Program-made: the position numbers and the translations under genes
In this document: positions 38,058 to 47,600 of the stretch, piece by piece
Position numbering within the stretch: position 1 is the first letter of the stretch
Layout of the letters: every line of letters starts with the position of its first letter
The notes under the pieces: generated by a model
The model's database searches: none
What the model was told of the DNA's origin: nothing
What the model saw: the letters and a program-made list of their open reading frames with translations, nothing else
IMG/VR virus record: IMGVR_UViG_3300025084_000046
Span: 1-48,392 of that record
Length of the DNA stretch: 48,392 nt
Strand: one strand, 5' to 3'
Origin: a virus
Taxonomy: Duplodnaviria; Caudoviricetes

Positions 38058-38213
38058 ATGAGTAAAAGATCCAATCAATCTGACAATCCAAAGCAACAAT
38101 TTATCGATGACTTTGAAGACTTTGGATATGATGTGAAAAACGTCAAACGTTCATCTAAAAAGAAGGTATCAAAGTTTAAACGAGAAATCAATGAGTATGA
38201 GGACACTTATTGA
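38058..38213 (+). CDS. small charged hypothetical protein (51 aa)
   Basis: MSKRSNQSDNPKQQF...; CTAAATA late-like box at 38013; read manually. Confidence 0.55.
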   Translation: MSKRSNQSDNPKQQFIDDFEDFGYDVKNVKRSSKKKVSKFKREINEYEDTY

Positions 38214-38278
38214 ACTGGCATACTAGTCCTTGATTTTCCATCCCGATCGTGTATTGTATACATGTTCGGGATTTTTTC

Positions 38279-38488
38279 ATGGTTTTCATCTATTCAAAGG
38301 CAAACGAGTTAGTGTACACATTGGATGGTAATCACCAGAGAATTCTTATGTATCACCCGTTGCTATCTGATGGCAATGTTGAATCAAACCGTGGTGCTTA
38401 CGAGTATGTCGAATTTGATGAACTAGATGATGATACATTAGAAGAGGCAGATAGATGTCACAAACTGCTGCTAGATGAGGTCCACTAA
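38279..38488 (+). CDS. hypothetical early protein
   Basis: Downstream of motif promoter (38213/38252). Confidence 0.6.
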   Translation: MVFIYSKANELVYTLDGNHQRILMYHPLLSDGNVESNRGAYEYVEFDELDDDTLEEADRCHKLLLDEVH

Positions 38489-38574
38489 ATGTTATCCAGG
38501 TCAGCCGCTTCGCTCCAATTCTCAAACCGTCCACTATCGCTTGATTTCTGCCTCAGATCCTGTATTGTATACAC

Positions 38575-38733
38575 ATGACAAACAACCCCTACGAACAGCA
38601 GATCCTCTCCAAGGGTCGCGACCTGCCTAAAGCACAACCTAGCACGGGTGAGGTGCCTGACCGTTTCAAGGATCGCTTCGCTACCTTTGAGGAGTATCAA
38701 GAGGCAATGGCAGATTTTCTTAATGGTCTCTGA
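38575..38733 (+). CDS. hypothetical early protein (52 aa)
   Basis: MTNNPYEQQILSKGRDLP...; ATG 7 nt after -10; read manually. Confidence 0.65.
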   Translation: MTNNPYEQQILSKGRDLPKAQPSTGEVPDRFKDRFATFEEYQEAMADFLNGL

Positions 38734-38768
38734 CCCCATTCTGCCCCATCATCCTGTATTGTAGACAC

Positions 38769-38972
38769 ATGAACGACAAAATGACTGCTCTCGAATTGCA
38801 CCACATCGCCGCTGGCATCCGTGGTTTCTGTATCAGCAACCCTGAGGCAGACTTTGACATGGTGATGGATTTCGTAGACTCACAGATCTGCCCATTCGAG
38901 GCAGACGATGACCTGTGTGATCTTGCCATGGAAATCATGCTAGACGTGGACCAATCCAACCAATCTGACTAG
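38769..38972 (+). CDS. acidic hypothetical early protein
   Basis: ATG 7 nt after TG-TATTGT. Confidence 0.65.
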   Translation: MNDKMTALELHHIAAGIRGFCISNPEADFDMVMDFVDSQICPFEADDDLCDLAMEIMLDVDQSNQSD

Positions 38973-39044
38973 TGTCACAAGAGGGGTATACAACGCCCCT
39001 CATCCATTCTATTGTTCATTCAAGTCAAACAACCAACGACTCTC

Positions 39045-39386
39045 ATGCGTAAGATCGAATCCCAAATGATCGCTGCTATCAAGGCAGACAAGAACTGGTC
39101 ATCAGGTAACACCCAAGTTGTTACAAACATGGGCGTTTCTACTGTGTATCTCCACGGCAACAAGATTGCGATGGTTGATGACACCTCACTGACCCTATTT
39201 GATGGCGGTTGGCAGTCAGTCACAACTAAGTCACGTTTGAATGCACTTTGCTCTGAGTTCTGCATTGTTGGTGAGGGTGTGTTTCAAAAAGACTTTGCGT
39301 GGTATGTTCGCCAGTTCACTGGTGCTGTGAACGGCAAAAATGTCTACAAGACTGTGAACTTCTGCTCTGGTTATGTGTTTGCCTAA
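39045..39386 (+). CDS. conserved hypothetical cyanophage early protein
   Basis: MRKIE.QM..AI....W...NT.V...VYLHGNKIA...DGGWQS.TTKSRLNAL...GVFQK.F.W. Confidence 0.8.
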   Translation: MRKIESQMIAAIKADKNWSSGNTQVVTNMGVSTVYLHGNKIAMVDDTSLTLFDGGWQSVTTKSRLNALCSEFCIVGEGVFQKDFAWYVRQFTGAVNGKNVYKTVNFCSGYVFA

Positions 39387-39588
39387 GGGCAACAGAATGA
39401 AGCGATTAATTAACACTAATCGCTTCATCACTAAATGATACTCAGGGCGGCTGACCACTAGTTCGCCCATACTAGCACCTCATGTCGCATTATTCCATGC
39501 CCTATCTCCCTTCCATAGGAGAAAGGTCAGTTTCCAAAGTGTCATGGTCACACCTCACGATCAACGTTCTAGGGTCTATACTAACAGC

Positions 39589-39777
39589 ATGGAAAACAAA
39601 GCAATGACACGAACCGGTTTCTTTCTCCACAATGAGAACCCCTCCCCTCTCATGCAAACAGTCATGGAGAAAATCCAACGCCAACAGCAGGCAGAGCATG
39701 AGTACAGGCAGGCAGTGAGAGCAGGTCGCATCCAACCCGACCAATTCACTAACTGGAACATCAGCGACAGACACTAG
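39589..39777 (+). CDS. hypothetical early protein
   Basis: Downstream of motif promoter (39537/39577); alternative start 39604. Confidence 0.6.
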   Translation: MENKAMTRTGFFLHNENPSPLMQTVMEKIQRQQQAEHEYRQAVRAGRIQPDQFTNWNISDRH

Positions 39778-39822
39778 ACGCTGACCCTGTAGACTAAGTT
39801 CAATAAACAAACAAACAAAATC

Positions 39823-40050
39823 ATGTTCGCAGTCCAACCCACTTCATTCGGCACCTTTGATGAGCACGGTGCAGACTACACGCCAACGATCAGCGGTGCC
39901 TACCGTATCGCAGCGATCAGACAGCAGGAGCGCGAGGGTGATCAGATGATCTGGCGTCTGACCTCTGGTCAACCCATCCCATGGGTGAGGGTCTATGAAG
40001 GAGAGGACATCTCCAGTGTGACAACCCAAGAGCTGGCACTGTTGGCATAG
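39823..40050 (+). CDS. hypothetical early protein
   Basis: A/C-rich leader, TG-TAGACT -10 upstream. Confidence 0.65.
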   Translation: MFAVQPTSFGTFDEHGADYTPTISGAYRIAAIRQQEREGDQMIWRLTSGQPIPWVRVYEGEDISSVTTQELALLA

Positions 40051-40101
40051 GCAGCGCCCCCAAATCGACTACAATTCAGAAGTACACCACACAGGACACA
40101 C

Positions 40102-40314
40102 ATGAACGGTTGGGCAAACTACGAGACTTGGAACGCTTCCCTCTGGTTGGGCAATGATGAGTTTCTCTACAGCATCGCCCGTCGTGCCTACTCATGGCAG
40201 AACTGCATCGACCTGCTCATGGTCAACGGCATCACAGAGACAGGCGACGGTGTGAAGTACAGCGACATCAACATCGACACCGCTGAGATGGAGGAGATGC
40301 TGCAGGAGTTGTAA
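40102..40314 (+). CDS. conserved hypothetical phage protein (NGWxNYETW family)
   Basis: MNGWANYETWNASLWLGNDE.LY...ET.DGV; AGGA SD. Confidence 0.8.
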   Translation: MNGWANYETWNASLWLGNDEFLYSIARRAYSWQNCIDLLMVNGITETGDGVKYSDINIDTAEMEEMLQEL

Positions 40315-40359
40315 GGGGTCGCCCCTTCTATGGTACAATATACAAGAGAACACAACCAC

Positions 40360-40569
40360 ATGGCAATGCTCAACCCAGTCATCATCCTCCACACTGACAG
40401 CACAGCAACCTTTCAGATCAACCTCTACCCTGTCACCCGTCAATGCATGATCTTCTGGCATTCGGGTCACTACAGCAACCACCAGGTGAGACGCCGTGAT
40501 ATGCTGCGCCTCTTGGTTGATCTGAAGCAGAGCGCAGGGCAGTGGGTCAACAGGTTCGCTCTCGCATGA
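40360..40569 (+). CDS. hypothetical early protein
   Basis: Downstream of TGgTACAAT; ends SAGQWVNRF. Confidence 0.6.
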   Translation: MAMLNPVIILHTDSTATFQINLYPVTRQCMIFWHSGHYSNHQVRRRDMLRLLVDLKQSAGQWVNRFALA

Positions 40570-40739
40570 GGGACAGGGTGGGGGGACTGTTATATGCCCC
40601 CCTATGCCCCTTAGCGGTTGCGCCAAGCGAAAATCCATGGGTCCCTCCTAACCTACAAAAGTATCCAGACGAGCACTAAATATTTTTGAAAATGGTTTTT
40701 TGAAAACCTTGAAACCCAAAAAAATTTCCCAGCAAAAAA
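40570..40739. other. non-coding junction with G/C tracts, phased A/T tracts and CTAAATA box; origin-like
   Basis: G6/C6 tracts, repeated TTGAAA and A/T runs about one helical turn apart; boundary between early and late genes. Confidence 0.4.
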
Positions 40740-40991
40740 ATGCCTGAAAAAGACGAGTTTAAAAATTTCGATAGTATATTAAATAATTTCGATGCATTCT
40801 GTGACGCATTTGAGTCGAGGGCATCTGAAGCATTCAACCGAGGAGATCAAAACGATGGAAGAGTTGTTACAGCAGCAGCAGAAGTTGGAGAGTCAACTCC
40901 TGAAGCTGTCCGAGAGGTTGACGAGCCTGGACCAACGGATATCGCAGCTGGAGCGACCACAATTGATGTATCGTCGTCCCACGGAATCTGA
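40740..40991 (+). CDS. acidic hypothetical protein (83 aa)
   Basis: First ATG after CTAAATA (40676); overlaps next ORF by 137 nt. Confidence 0.55.
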   Translation: MPEKDEFKNFDSILNNFDAFCDAFESRASEAFNRGDQNDGRVVTAAAEVGESTPEAVREVDEPGPTDIAAGATTIDVSSSHGI

Positions 40992-41082
40992 TTACGAGAG
41001 TCTCTCAGAGACATTAGATTATCTTCATAATAATATAGAAGGTATTAAGAAAGATTTACTACATGTTGCGAGGACAATGTAA
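40855..41082 (+). CDS. coiled-coil hypothetical protein (75 aa)
   Basis: AGGAG SD at 40840; heptad repeats; TAATG-coupled to PAAR. Confidence 0.7.
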   Translation: MEELLQQQQKLESQLLKLSERLTSLDQRISQLERPQLMYRRPTESDYESLSETLDYLHNNIEGIKKDLLHVARTM

Positions 41083-41399
41083 TGGGAGCAGTAGCAAGAA
41101 AGGGCACCGATAGTGTAACAACTGGGCATGGTTGTGATACGACTGTACAGATCCTAGGAGGGACTGCAACGGTCATAGTGGGTGGATTCCCCGTTGCAGT
41201 AGTAGGAGACCCCTTACAGGCGCACACAATCACGAATCCCAGTCCTCCACCAGCACCACCATGTGTTCCACATCCTGGTCAAGTTATTAATGCTGGATCT
41301 GGGAGAGTTTTAGTAGGTGGTAAAGGGATTGCGAGAGTAGGTGATAGTGCTGATTTGGGTAGTATTAGCACAGGGTATGCAAAGGTCATAGCAGGGTAG
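41082..41399 (+). CDS. PAAR-repeat spike tip protein (T4 gp5.4-like)
   Basis: AVARKGTD..TGHGC, PVAVVGD....H, H...I.AGS..V.VGGK.IARVGD. Confidence 0.92.
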   Translation: MGAVARKGTDSVTTGHGCDTTVQILGGTATVIVGGFPVAVVGDPLQAHTITNPSPPPAPPCVPHPGQVINAGSGRVLVGGKGIARVGDSADLGSISTGYAKVIAG

Positions 41400-41431
41400 A
41401 CAACTACGCCGAAACGGATGCGCCGATATGC

Positions 41432-41460
41432 TTGACAGCATACTTTAAGTATCCTACAAT
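41432..41460 (+). promoter_or_regulatory. sigma70-like promoter TTGACA-N17-TACAAT
   Basis: Near-consensus boxes, 17-nt spacer, 30 nt upstream of an ATG. Confidence 0.75.
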
Positions 41461-41490
41461 AGAAACTGAATCACAAACACCGATTTAACT

Positions 41491-41640
41491 ATGGCAAAAA
41501 GCAGAGTTGGACTATCAGGAGCAGACACAATTGAGTCTCGTCCGAAGCGTACTCGTCAAGGACGTGGTAAGCACACCAAGTATACTGCTACATCACGTAA
41601 CAATGCTAAGAAGCGTTATAGAGGACAAGGTAGAGGATGA
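41491..41640 (+). CDS. small highly basic protein (49 aa)
   Basis: MAKSRVGLSGADTIESRPKRTRQGRGKHTKYTATSRNNAKKRYRGQGRG; ATGA-coupled to next gene; missed by the ORF track. Confidence 0.75.
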   Translation: MAKSRVGLSGADTIESRPKRTRQGRGKHTKYTATSRNNAKKRYRGQGRG

Positions 41641-42296
41641 ATTTAATTTGCAATCTTCCTGCTGAGAAAGTATGGGTTCGTAGGGAGTACTTACGAGATC
41701 ATCAAGATGGGCATGGGGAGTTTGTTGAGGGTGTCTGGGTTGCTGCTAAAAGCATACCTGGGCGTGCTTTTTACTTTGAGACATACTTGCCAGAATATGG
41801 TGCAATGTATGACAAACTTCCTATTAGTGCATTTGTACGGTCCCCTGAAACTCCAGTCACAGACATGAGTTTGGAGAACCTACAATTCTGGAATTGTATG
41901 GATTATGGTGTTGCATGTATGAACAAAGGATTTGTCTCATCAATGGACTGTGAGGTCTTTACTAGAGATCATGGTCTTATGAGAGGGCAATACTTGTTTA
42001 CACTTGATAACTACCATGCAAATCCGGATGTAATAGATAATAATGTAAGTGAAGTGCCGCAAGAGCACAAATCACATAATTGCATTGCATTGAACAATGG
42101 TCAGTATGCATTGTATCCTAATAACAGGATGCGTCTGTATGACCTCTCTATTACCCCCGAGGAACCCAAGTTCCCTGACTTTAAAGTATCTACTATAGAA
42201 TACCAAGTAGAGGCAGGAATCGACTGGGGACGCCTTGGAGACACCGATGATTATTTTTGGCAAACACAACAGGAGAAACAAAATGGGACACCCTAA
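41637..42296 (+). CDS. conserved hypothetical marine myophage protein
   Basis: NLP...WVRREYL..H..GHGEF, GA.YDKLPISAF, LQFWNCM, EHKSHN...NGQ.ALYPNNR. Confidence 0.85.
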   Translation: MNLICNLPAEKVWVRREYLRDHQDGHGEFVEGVWVAAKSIPGRAFYFETYLPEYGAMYDKLPISAFVRSPETPVTDMSLENLQFWNCMDYGVACMNKGFVSSMDCEVFTRDHGLMRGQYLFTLDNYHANPDVIDNNVSEVPQEHKSHNCIALNNGQYALYPNNRMRLYDLSITPEEPKFPDFKVSTIEYQVEAGIDWGRLGDTDDYFWQTQQEKQNGTP

Positions 42297-42474
42297 TCGT
42301 TTAGACGGATCAGTTGACAAAGGTGAAGACTTTGTTAATGAAGGCATGACACTCATCACCGAGACTGATAGTGATAAGTATCTGAACATGTCAGCGAAAC
42401 GTAATCGCAACAAAGCAAAGAATGAAGAGATCTTTGATTCTCAGGAATGGGCGGATGGATTCGTTGGTAAGTGA
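42283..42474 (+). CDS. hypothetical protein (63 aa)
   Basis: AGGAG SD upstream of ATG 42283. Confidence 0.65.
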   Translation: MGHPNRLDGSVDKGEDFVNEGMTLITETDSDKYLNMSAKRNRNKAKNEEIFDSQEWADGFVGK

Positions 42475-42480
42475 TAAATA
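42474..42480 (+). promoter_or_regulatory. late promoter ATAAATA
   Basis: Directly upstream of gp25. Confidence 0.75.
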
Positions 42481-42504
42481 GTAACATTCTACTGCTGTGT
42501 CTAG

Positions 42505-42897
42505 ATGCCGACCTTTCAGACATTTAAAGATCTGAGCATTACCTTTAAGAAGCATCCTGTAAGTGATGATTTAGTAACGGTAAAAGATAAGGCAGCTATC
42601 GTTCAATCGATTACTGCCTTACTTCTTACTAGGAAGGGAGAAAGACCATTTCAACCGGAATTAGGTTGTGATATTCAAAATATATTATTTGAACCATTAG
42701 ATTATGGTAGTGCTGGTATTCTCAGATCAGAAATTGCAGATGTATTGAATCGTTACGAACCACGAATTCGTGTTAATACTATCAACTGTATACCAGATGA
42801 TATGAGTAATGGATACGAAGTTGAATTATCTTATACTATTGTAGGTAGAGACGATACACCAGTAGCAGTAGAATTCTTCTTAGAGCGCACACGATAA
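42505..42897 (+). CDS. gp25: baseplate wedge subunit gp25
   Basis: FKDL...F..HP, AI.QSI..LLLT.KGERPFQPELG, L.RYEPRI. Confidence 0.95.
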   Translation: MPTFQTFKDLSITFKKHPVSDDLVTVKDKAAIVQSITALLLTRKGERPFQPELGCDIQNILFEPLDYGSAGILRSEIADVLNRYEPRIRVNTINCIPDDMSNGYEVELSYTIVGRDDTPVAVEFFLERTR

Positions 42898-44693
42898 TGC
42901 CATATACTCAGGTTGCTAATTTAGACTTTGAAGATATCAAAGTTGCTCTGAAAGAATATATCAGAGCACAGTCAGATTTTACTGACTATGATTTTGATGG
43001 ATCGGTCCTTTCAACATTAATTGATACACTTGCCTATAATACCTATTATACGGCGTTTAATGCTAATCTGGTAGTCAATGAACTATTCATTGATTCTGCC
43101 ACCTTAAGAGACAACGTAGTAGCGATTGCGAAGCAATTAGGATACAGACCCAAAGGTATCACCTCTCCTACTGCCTATGTTTCTTTCAATATAACTTATG
43201 GGTCACCAACAACTGATACTGAACTCCTACTGAAGAAAGGAACAGGGTTTATCAGTTCGTTTGACAACAACATTTATCAATACATCACATTAGAGGATGT
43301 AACAGGACAAGTAGTTAACAACGTTGCAACATTTGATAATGTTGAGATTAGAGAAGGAACACAAATTCTCAATACGTTTACTGTTAACACATCATTAACA
43401 TCTCAAAGGTTTGTTCTTGACAACCCAAACATCGATACCAATACTATTAAAGTAAAAGTATATCCTTCTGGTGGCAATTTTAACGAATCGTATCTAGTTG
43501 CTGATAACATCTTAAACGTTGATTCTACATCAAAAGTTTTCTTCATTGAAGAGATCGAAGATGATAGGTACGAAATTTTATTAGGCGATGGTGTTTTAGG
43601 CAAAAAAGTTGATAATGGATCTAGAGTAGAAGTATCTTACCTTACAACATCAGGACCAGAGTCTAACGGTGTTAGGACATTTGTGTTTTCTGGTGTTATT
43701 GAAAATCCAAATGGTGTATCTCCAAACTCTTTTAGTACTGCCATTACTAATGTAAATGCTTCTTCCGGTGGAGAAGATAAAGAGTCTATTAAGAACATCA
43801 AGAGAAATGCTCCAAAAATGTATGGCACACAGGATCGTGCTGTAACTGCTCAAGATTATTCTGCTATCATTCGTAAAGTATATCCATCAGTAAGTGATAT
43901 TATTATTTTTGGTGGCGAAGACCAAGATCCACCAGAGTATGGTAAAGTTTTTATTGTATTAAAACCAAAAGATGCATCTTTCCTCACATCATTAACAAAA
44001 CAAGAAATTATCGAAGATCTAAAGAAGTATATGGTTGCTTCTGTTAGACCAGTTATTGTAGATCCATCAATTTTATTTGTTGAGTTGACTTCTAAGGTTT
44101 ATTATAGTGGCGAGGCAACAGATTTAAAACCAGCACAGATTAGAGATAAGACAATTAATTCTGTGCAGTCATATCTCGATACTTCAGATATTGAAAAATT
44201 TAATGGTAAGTTTAGATTCAGTAAATTAGTTAGTGTTATTGATGACGCAGATCCATCAATCAACTCAAATTTAACAGAAGTAACTATGAGAAAGGATTTT
44301 TATCCTAGTCTCAATTCCACTTTCTATTATGAAGTATGTTTCCAGAATGCTTTCGATAAAGATTGTGAAGAACCTACTCTGTCGTCAACTGGTTTTAGGG
44401 TAACAGAATACCCTACATTTGATGTATATTTGGAAGATAGGGATGGCAAAATTGTCCTATATAGAATAGATAGCGTAACAGGCGAAAAAGTTGTTCTAGA
44501 CAGTAATGTTGGAGATATTGATTATGAAAAAGGAGAGTTGATTATGTATGCTCTTACTATCATAAAAGGATCATTTTTCGACAACCGCATTTCTGTTAGA
44601 GTAAAACCACTTCTTAATGATATCAAGGCACTCCGTGAGGTATACCTTGACGTTGACGTTGCCAATTCATCGTTCACTGCATACAAAGAGTAA
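42897..44693 (+). CDS. gp6: baseplate wedge subunit gp6
   Basis: LDFEDIK..L, FTDYDFDGS.LS.LID.LAYNTYY, NE.FIDSATLR..VV..AK.LGY.P, QDRAVTAQDY. Confidence 0.95.
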   Translation: MPYTQVANLDFEDIKVALKEYIRAQSDFTDYDFDGSVLSTLIDTLAYNTYYTAFNANLVVNELFIDSATLRDNVVAIAKQLGYRPKGITSPTAYVSFNITYGSPTTDTELLLKKGTGFISSFDNNIYQYITLEDVTGQVVNNVATFDNVEIREGTQILNTFTVNTSLTSQRFVLDNPNIDTNTIKVKVYPSGGNFNESYLVADNILNVDSTSKVFFIEEIEDDRYEILLGDGVLGKKVDNGSRVEVSYLTTSGPESNGVRTFVFSGVIENPNGVSPNSFSTAITNVNASSGGEDKESIKNIKRNAPKMYGTQDRAVTAQDYSAIIRKVYPSVSDIIIFGGEDQDPPEYGKVFIVLKPKDASFLTSLTKQEIIEDLKKYMVASVRPVIVDPSILFVELTSKVYYSGEATDLKPAQIRDKTINSVQSYLDTSDIEKFNGKFRFSKLVSVIDDADPSINSNLTEVTMRKDFYPSLNSTFYYEVCFQNAFDKDCEEPTLSSTGFRVTEYPTFDVYLEDRDGKIVLYRIDSVTGEKVVLDSNVGDIDYEKGELIMYALTIIKGSFFDNRISVRVKPLLNDIKALREVYLDVDVANSSFTAYKE

Positions 44694-44698
44694 AGTAA

Positions 44699-47600
44699 AT
44701 GCCTTCTGTAAAGACTAAAAGAATTTCTACTCTAATTGAATCACAACTTCCAGAATTTATTTCTTCTGAATATGAACTGTTTAGTAAGTTTGTAGAGAAG
44801 TATTACGAAGCACAGGAAGTACAAGGTGGTCCTTTGGATGTTTTAAGTAACATTCAAAAATATGCTGACATTGATTATTACGAAAAAAATCTACTTAATC
44901 AGAAAGATTCTATCATTGCTAACATTAGCATTAGTGATACAATCATTACTCTTGCAGATGCTCAGTCTTTTCCAGAAAAAAATGGATACGTAAGAATTGA
45001 CGATGAAATTATTTTCTATGAAAGTCGCACCAATAACCAATTGCTGAATTGCTCTAGAGGAGTAAGCGGCAATACTAAGTTAGGAGATCTATACAATGCT
45101 TCTAATTTTTCTAGTACAACTGCTACAGAGCATTTAGAAGGTGCTGAAGTCTATAACATCAGTAATCTATTCTTATATGCTTTTGTAAGAAATTTTGAAA
45201 ATCAATACCTCGGATCATTCCCAGAAAAATATCTTAGAGGAGAGGTAGATAAAAGAACGCTGATTAAAAATATTCAGAAGTTCTACAAAGCAAAAGGAAC
45301 AGATGATTCTATTAAATTTATTTTTAATACTATTATATCTGACGATGTAGAAAACAAACCAGAAGTATACCACCCAAGAGAATTTACATACAAATCCTCT
45401 GAATCTGATTGGATCAATGTATATGCTCTTAAGGTAAAAGTAGTATCAGGAAATCCAAAAGACTTAATTGGCAAGAAAATAGTACAGTCTCCAACAGATG
45501 ATTATGGATATGCATCTGCTACTGTAGATAATGTTATTGCTCAAGGTACAATTGACGGTGAAGTAATCTGGAATATTGTTGTTGCTCCAGAAACTGTCAA
45601 TGGTGAATTTCAAATTTCAACAAAAACTAAATTAGAAAATACCATAGCACCAACTCTTGGAGCAGGTGATAGAGTTAATGTATTTTCTACGATGGGATGG
45701 AGTTCTATTGGAGAAATTTTAATTGGCAATGAAATTATTAAGTTTTCTGATAAAACAGTAACTCAATTTATTGTTAGTGAAAGAAGTTTATCTGTAGAGC
45801 ATCTGCGAGGTAAATTTGTTTATAAACCAGTTACAATCGAAGGTTCTGATGTTACATTACTAACCTTGGGTGTTGTTTATGATGCTTTGCCTGATGTTTC
45901 AGAACCTTACTCGTTTACAGGTGATACTGTACAAGTATCGCAACCTGGATTTAAAACATCAGATCCCAGAATTGTTCAAACTGGAACTAATCAACTTAGG
46001 TGGATTCAAGATACTGGAACATCAATAACATCAAGTACTAATACACCAGTAGAACAATCACTTGCTGGAATTTCTAATAATGTATCTGCTATTTTTGCAG
46101 ATGATCAGTATTACTATATCACATCTTCCAGTTATCCATCATATAATATTTTTGATGGTCCCATTATCACACAACCTGTCCAAGATCAAAAAATACTTAG
46201 AGTCCTCAGAAAAACTCCTGTAGTAACAACAGAAATTTACAAAACGCAAAAAAGAGATGTTGGTATCTTATTAAATGGTGTTCCCATTTATGGATATAAA
46301 GATTCGGAAAGTTTACGTTTCGGAAAACTCGAAGAAATTCGTGTAGATAATAGAGGACGTGGATATGTCAATCCTCCATTTGTTGTAGTTGATGGTCTTG
46401 CTGGAAGAGCAAGGGCACAGATGGTTGGTAATGTTGTTGATAGTATTATTGTTGATACAGACATCGCATTCCCAGTCACTCCTACTGTAGAGATTACTTC
46501 TGGAAGAGATGGTGTTGCTAGAGCAGTTGTAACAGGCGGAGAAGTAACTAGTATAGTCGTAGAAAATCCTGGTAAATTTTATTCAACACCACCTATTGTA
46601 AGAATTACTGATAAAGTTGGCAAAGGAAGATTTGCTGAATATAATACAGTAATTGATAGAGATGGATCTATTGTAGAATTTACTAAAGTTGCAAGTGGAA
46701 CATTATACACACAACAAAACATCCTAGTAGAAATTATTCCTGTCGGAACAGGTGCCGAAATAACACCACTACTAAAGGAATGGAACAAAAACCGTTATTC
46801 TAAATTAGAAGAAAATTTAGATAAGCAGTACGGTTATGTATTTGAAAATATAAACAATGTTCTCGAATATGGATATGGTCAAGTTGCGAATCCAAAAGCA
46901 CTTAGGATTCAATTAAATGATAATTTAAATTCTGCAGATACCGAACCAGCAAACAAAACACATTCTCCTATTTTAGGTTTTGCTTATGATGGCAATCCAA
47001 TCTATGGTCCATTTGGACATGAAAATCCATTGGATCAGTCTTCATCAATTGTAAGAATGACTTCTAGTTATTCTTTATCTGGAAATAGACAAGATGGTCC
47101 TTCGCCAATAGAGTATCCATTAGGATCCTTTATCAATGACTATGTTTATTCACACAAAAGTGGATCCTTAGATGAAAACAATGGTCGTTTTTGTATAACC
47201 CCAGATTTTCCCGATGGAACATATGCTTATTTCATTACTATTAATAGTAGTCAAGTACCACAGTTTCCATATGTTTTGGGAGACAAATATTATTCTCTAC
47301 CAGTAGATAGTAATTATACTACTACAATTAATCAAAACGATATTCCCAAAAATGCCAAAAGATTTTTTACTCCCGGAATGTTGGGTAATGGTGATGGATT
47401 AGTAGCTACTATTTCAGAAGTACGATCGGGAACTGTGGATAATGTTGTTATTGATAGTTCTTCTAGTAATTTTTCCGTCAATTCGCAGTTGTACTTTAAT
47501 AATGCAGGAACTGAAGGAAAAGATGTCAATGCATTAGTATCTTCAGTTGAAGGAAAAGGTGTTAATTACTTACAGAGTAAAGAAGATAAAGTTGTAAAAC

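Noticed and set aside
29982-40075. CRISPR array interpretation of the repeated boxes
   Set aside because: The repeats are short, degenerate, irregularly spaced and tied to promoters; no cas genes are present.
40570-40590. Canonical G-quadruplex
   Set aside because: Only three separate G-runs of 3 or more are present, and nearby C-tracts favour a hairpin.
40192-40638. 148-aa minus-strand ORF
   Set aside because: It is antisense to two well-supported + strand genes and shows no recognisable motif.
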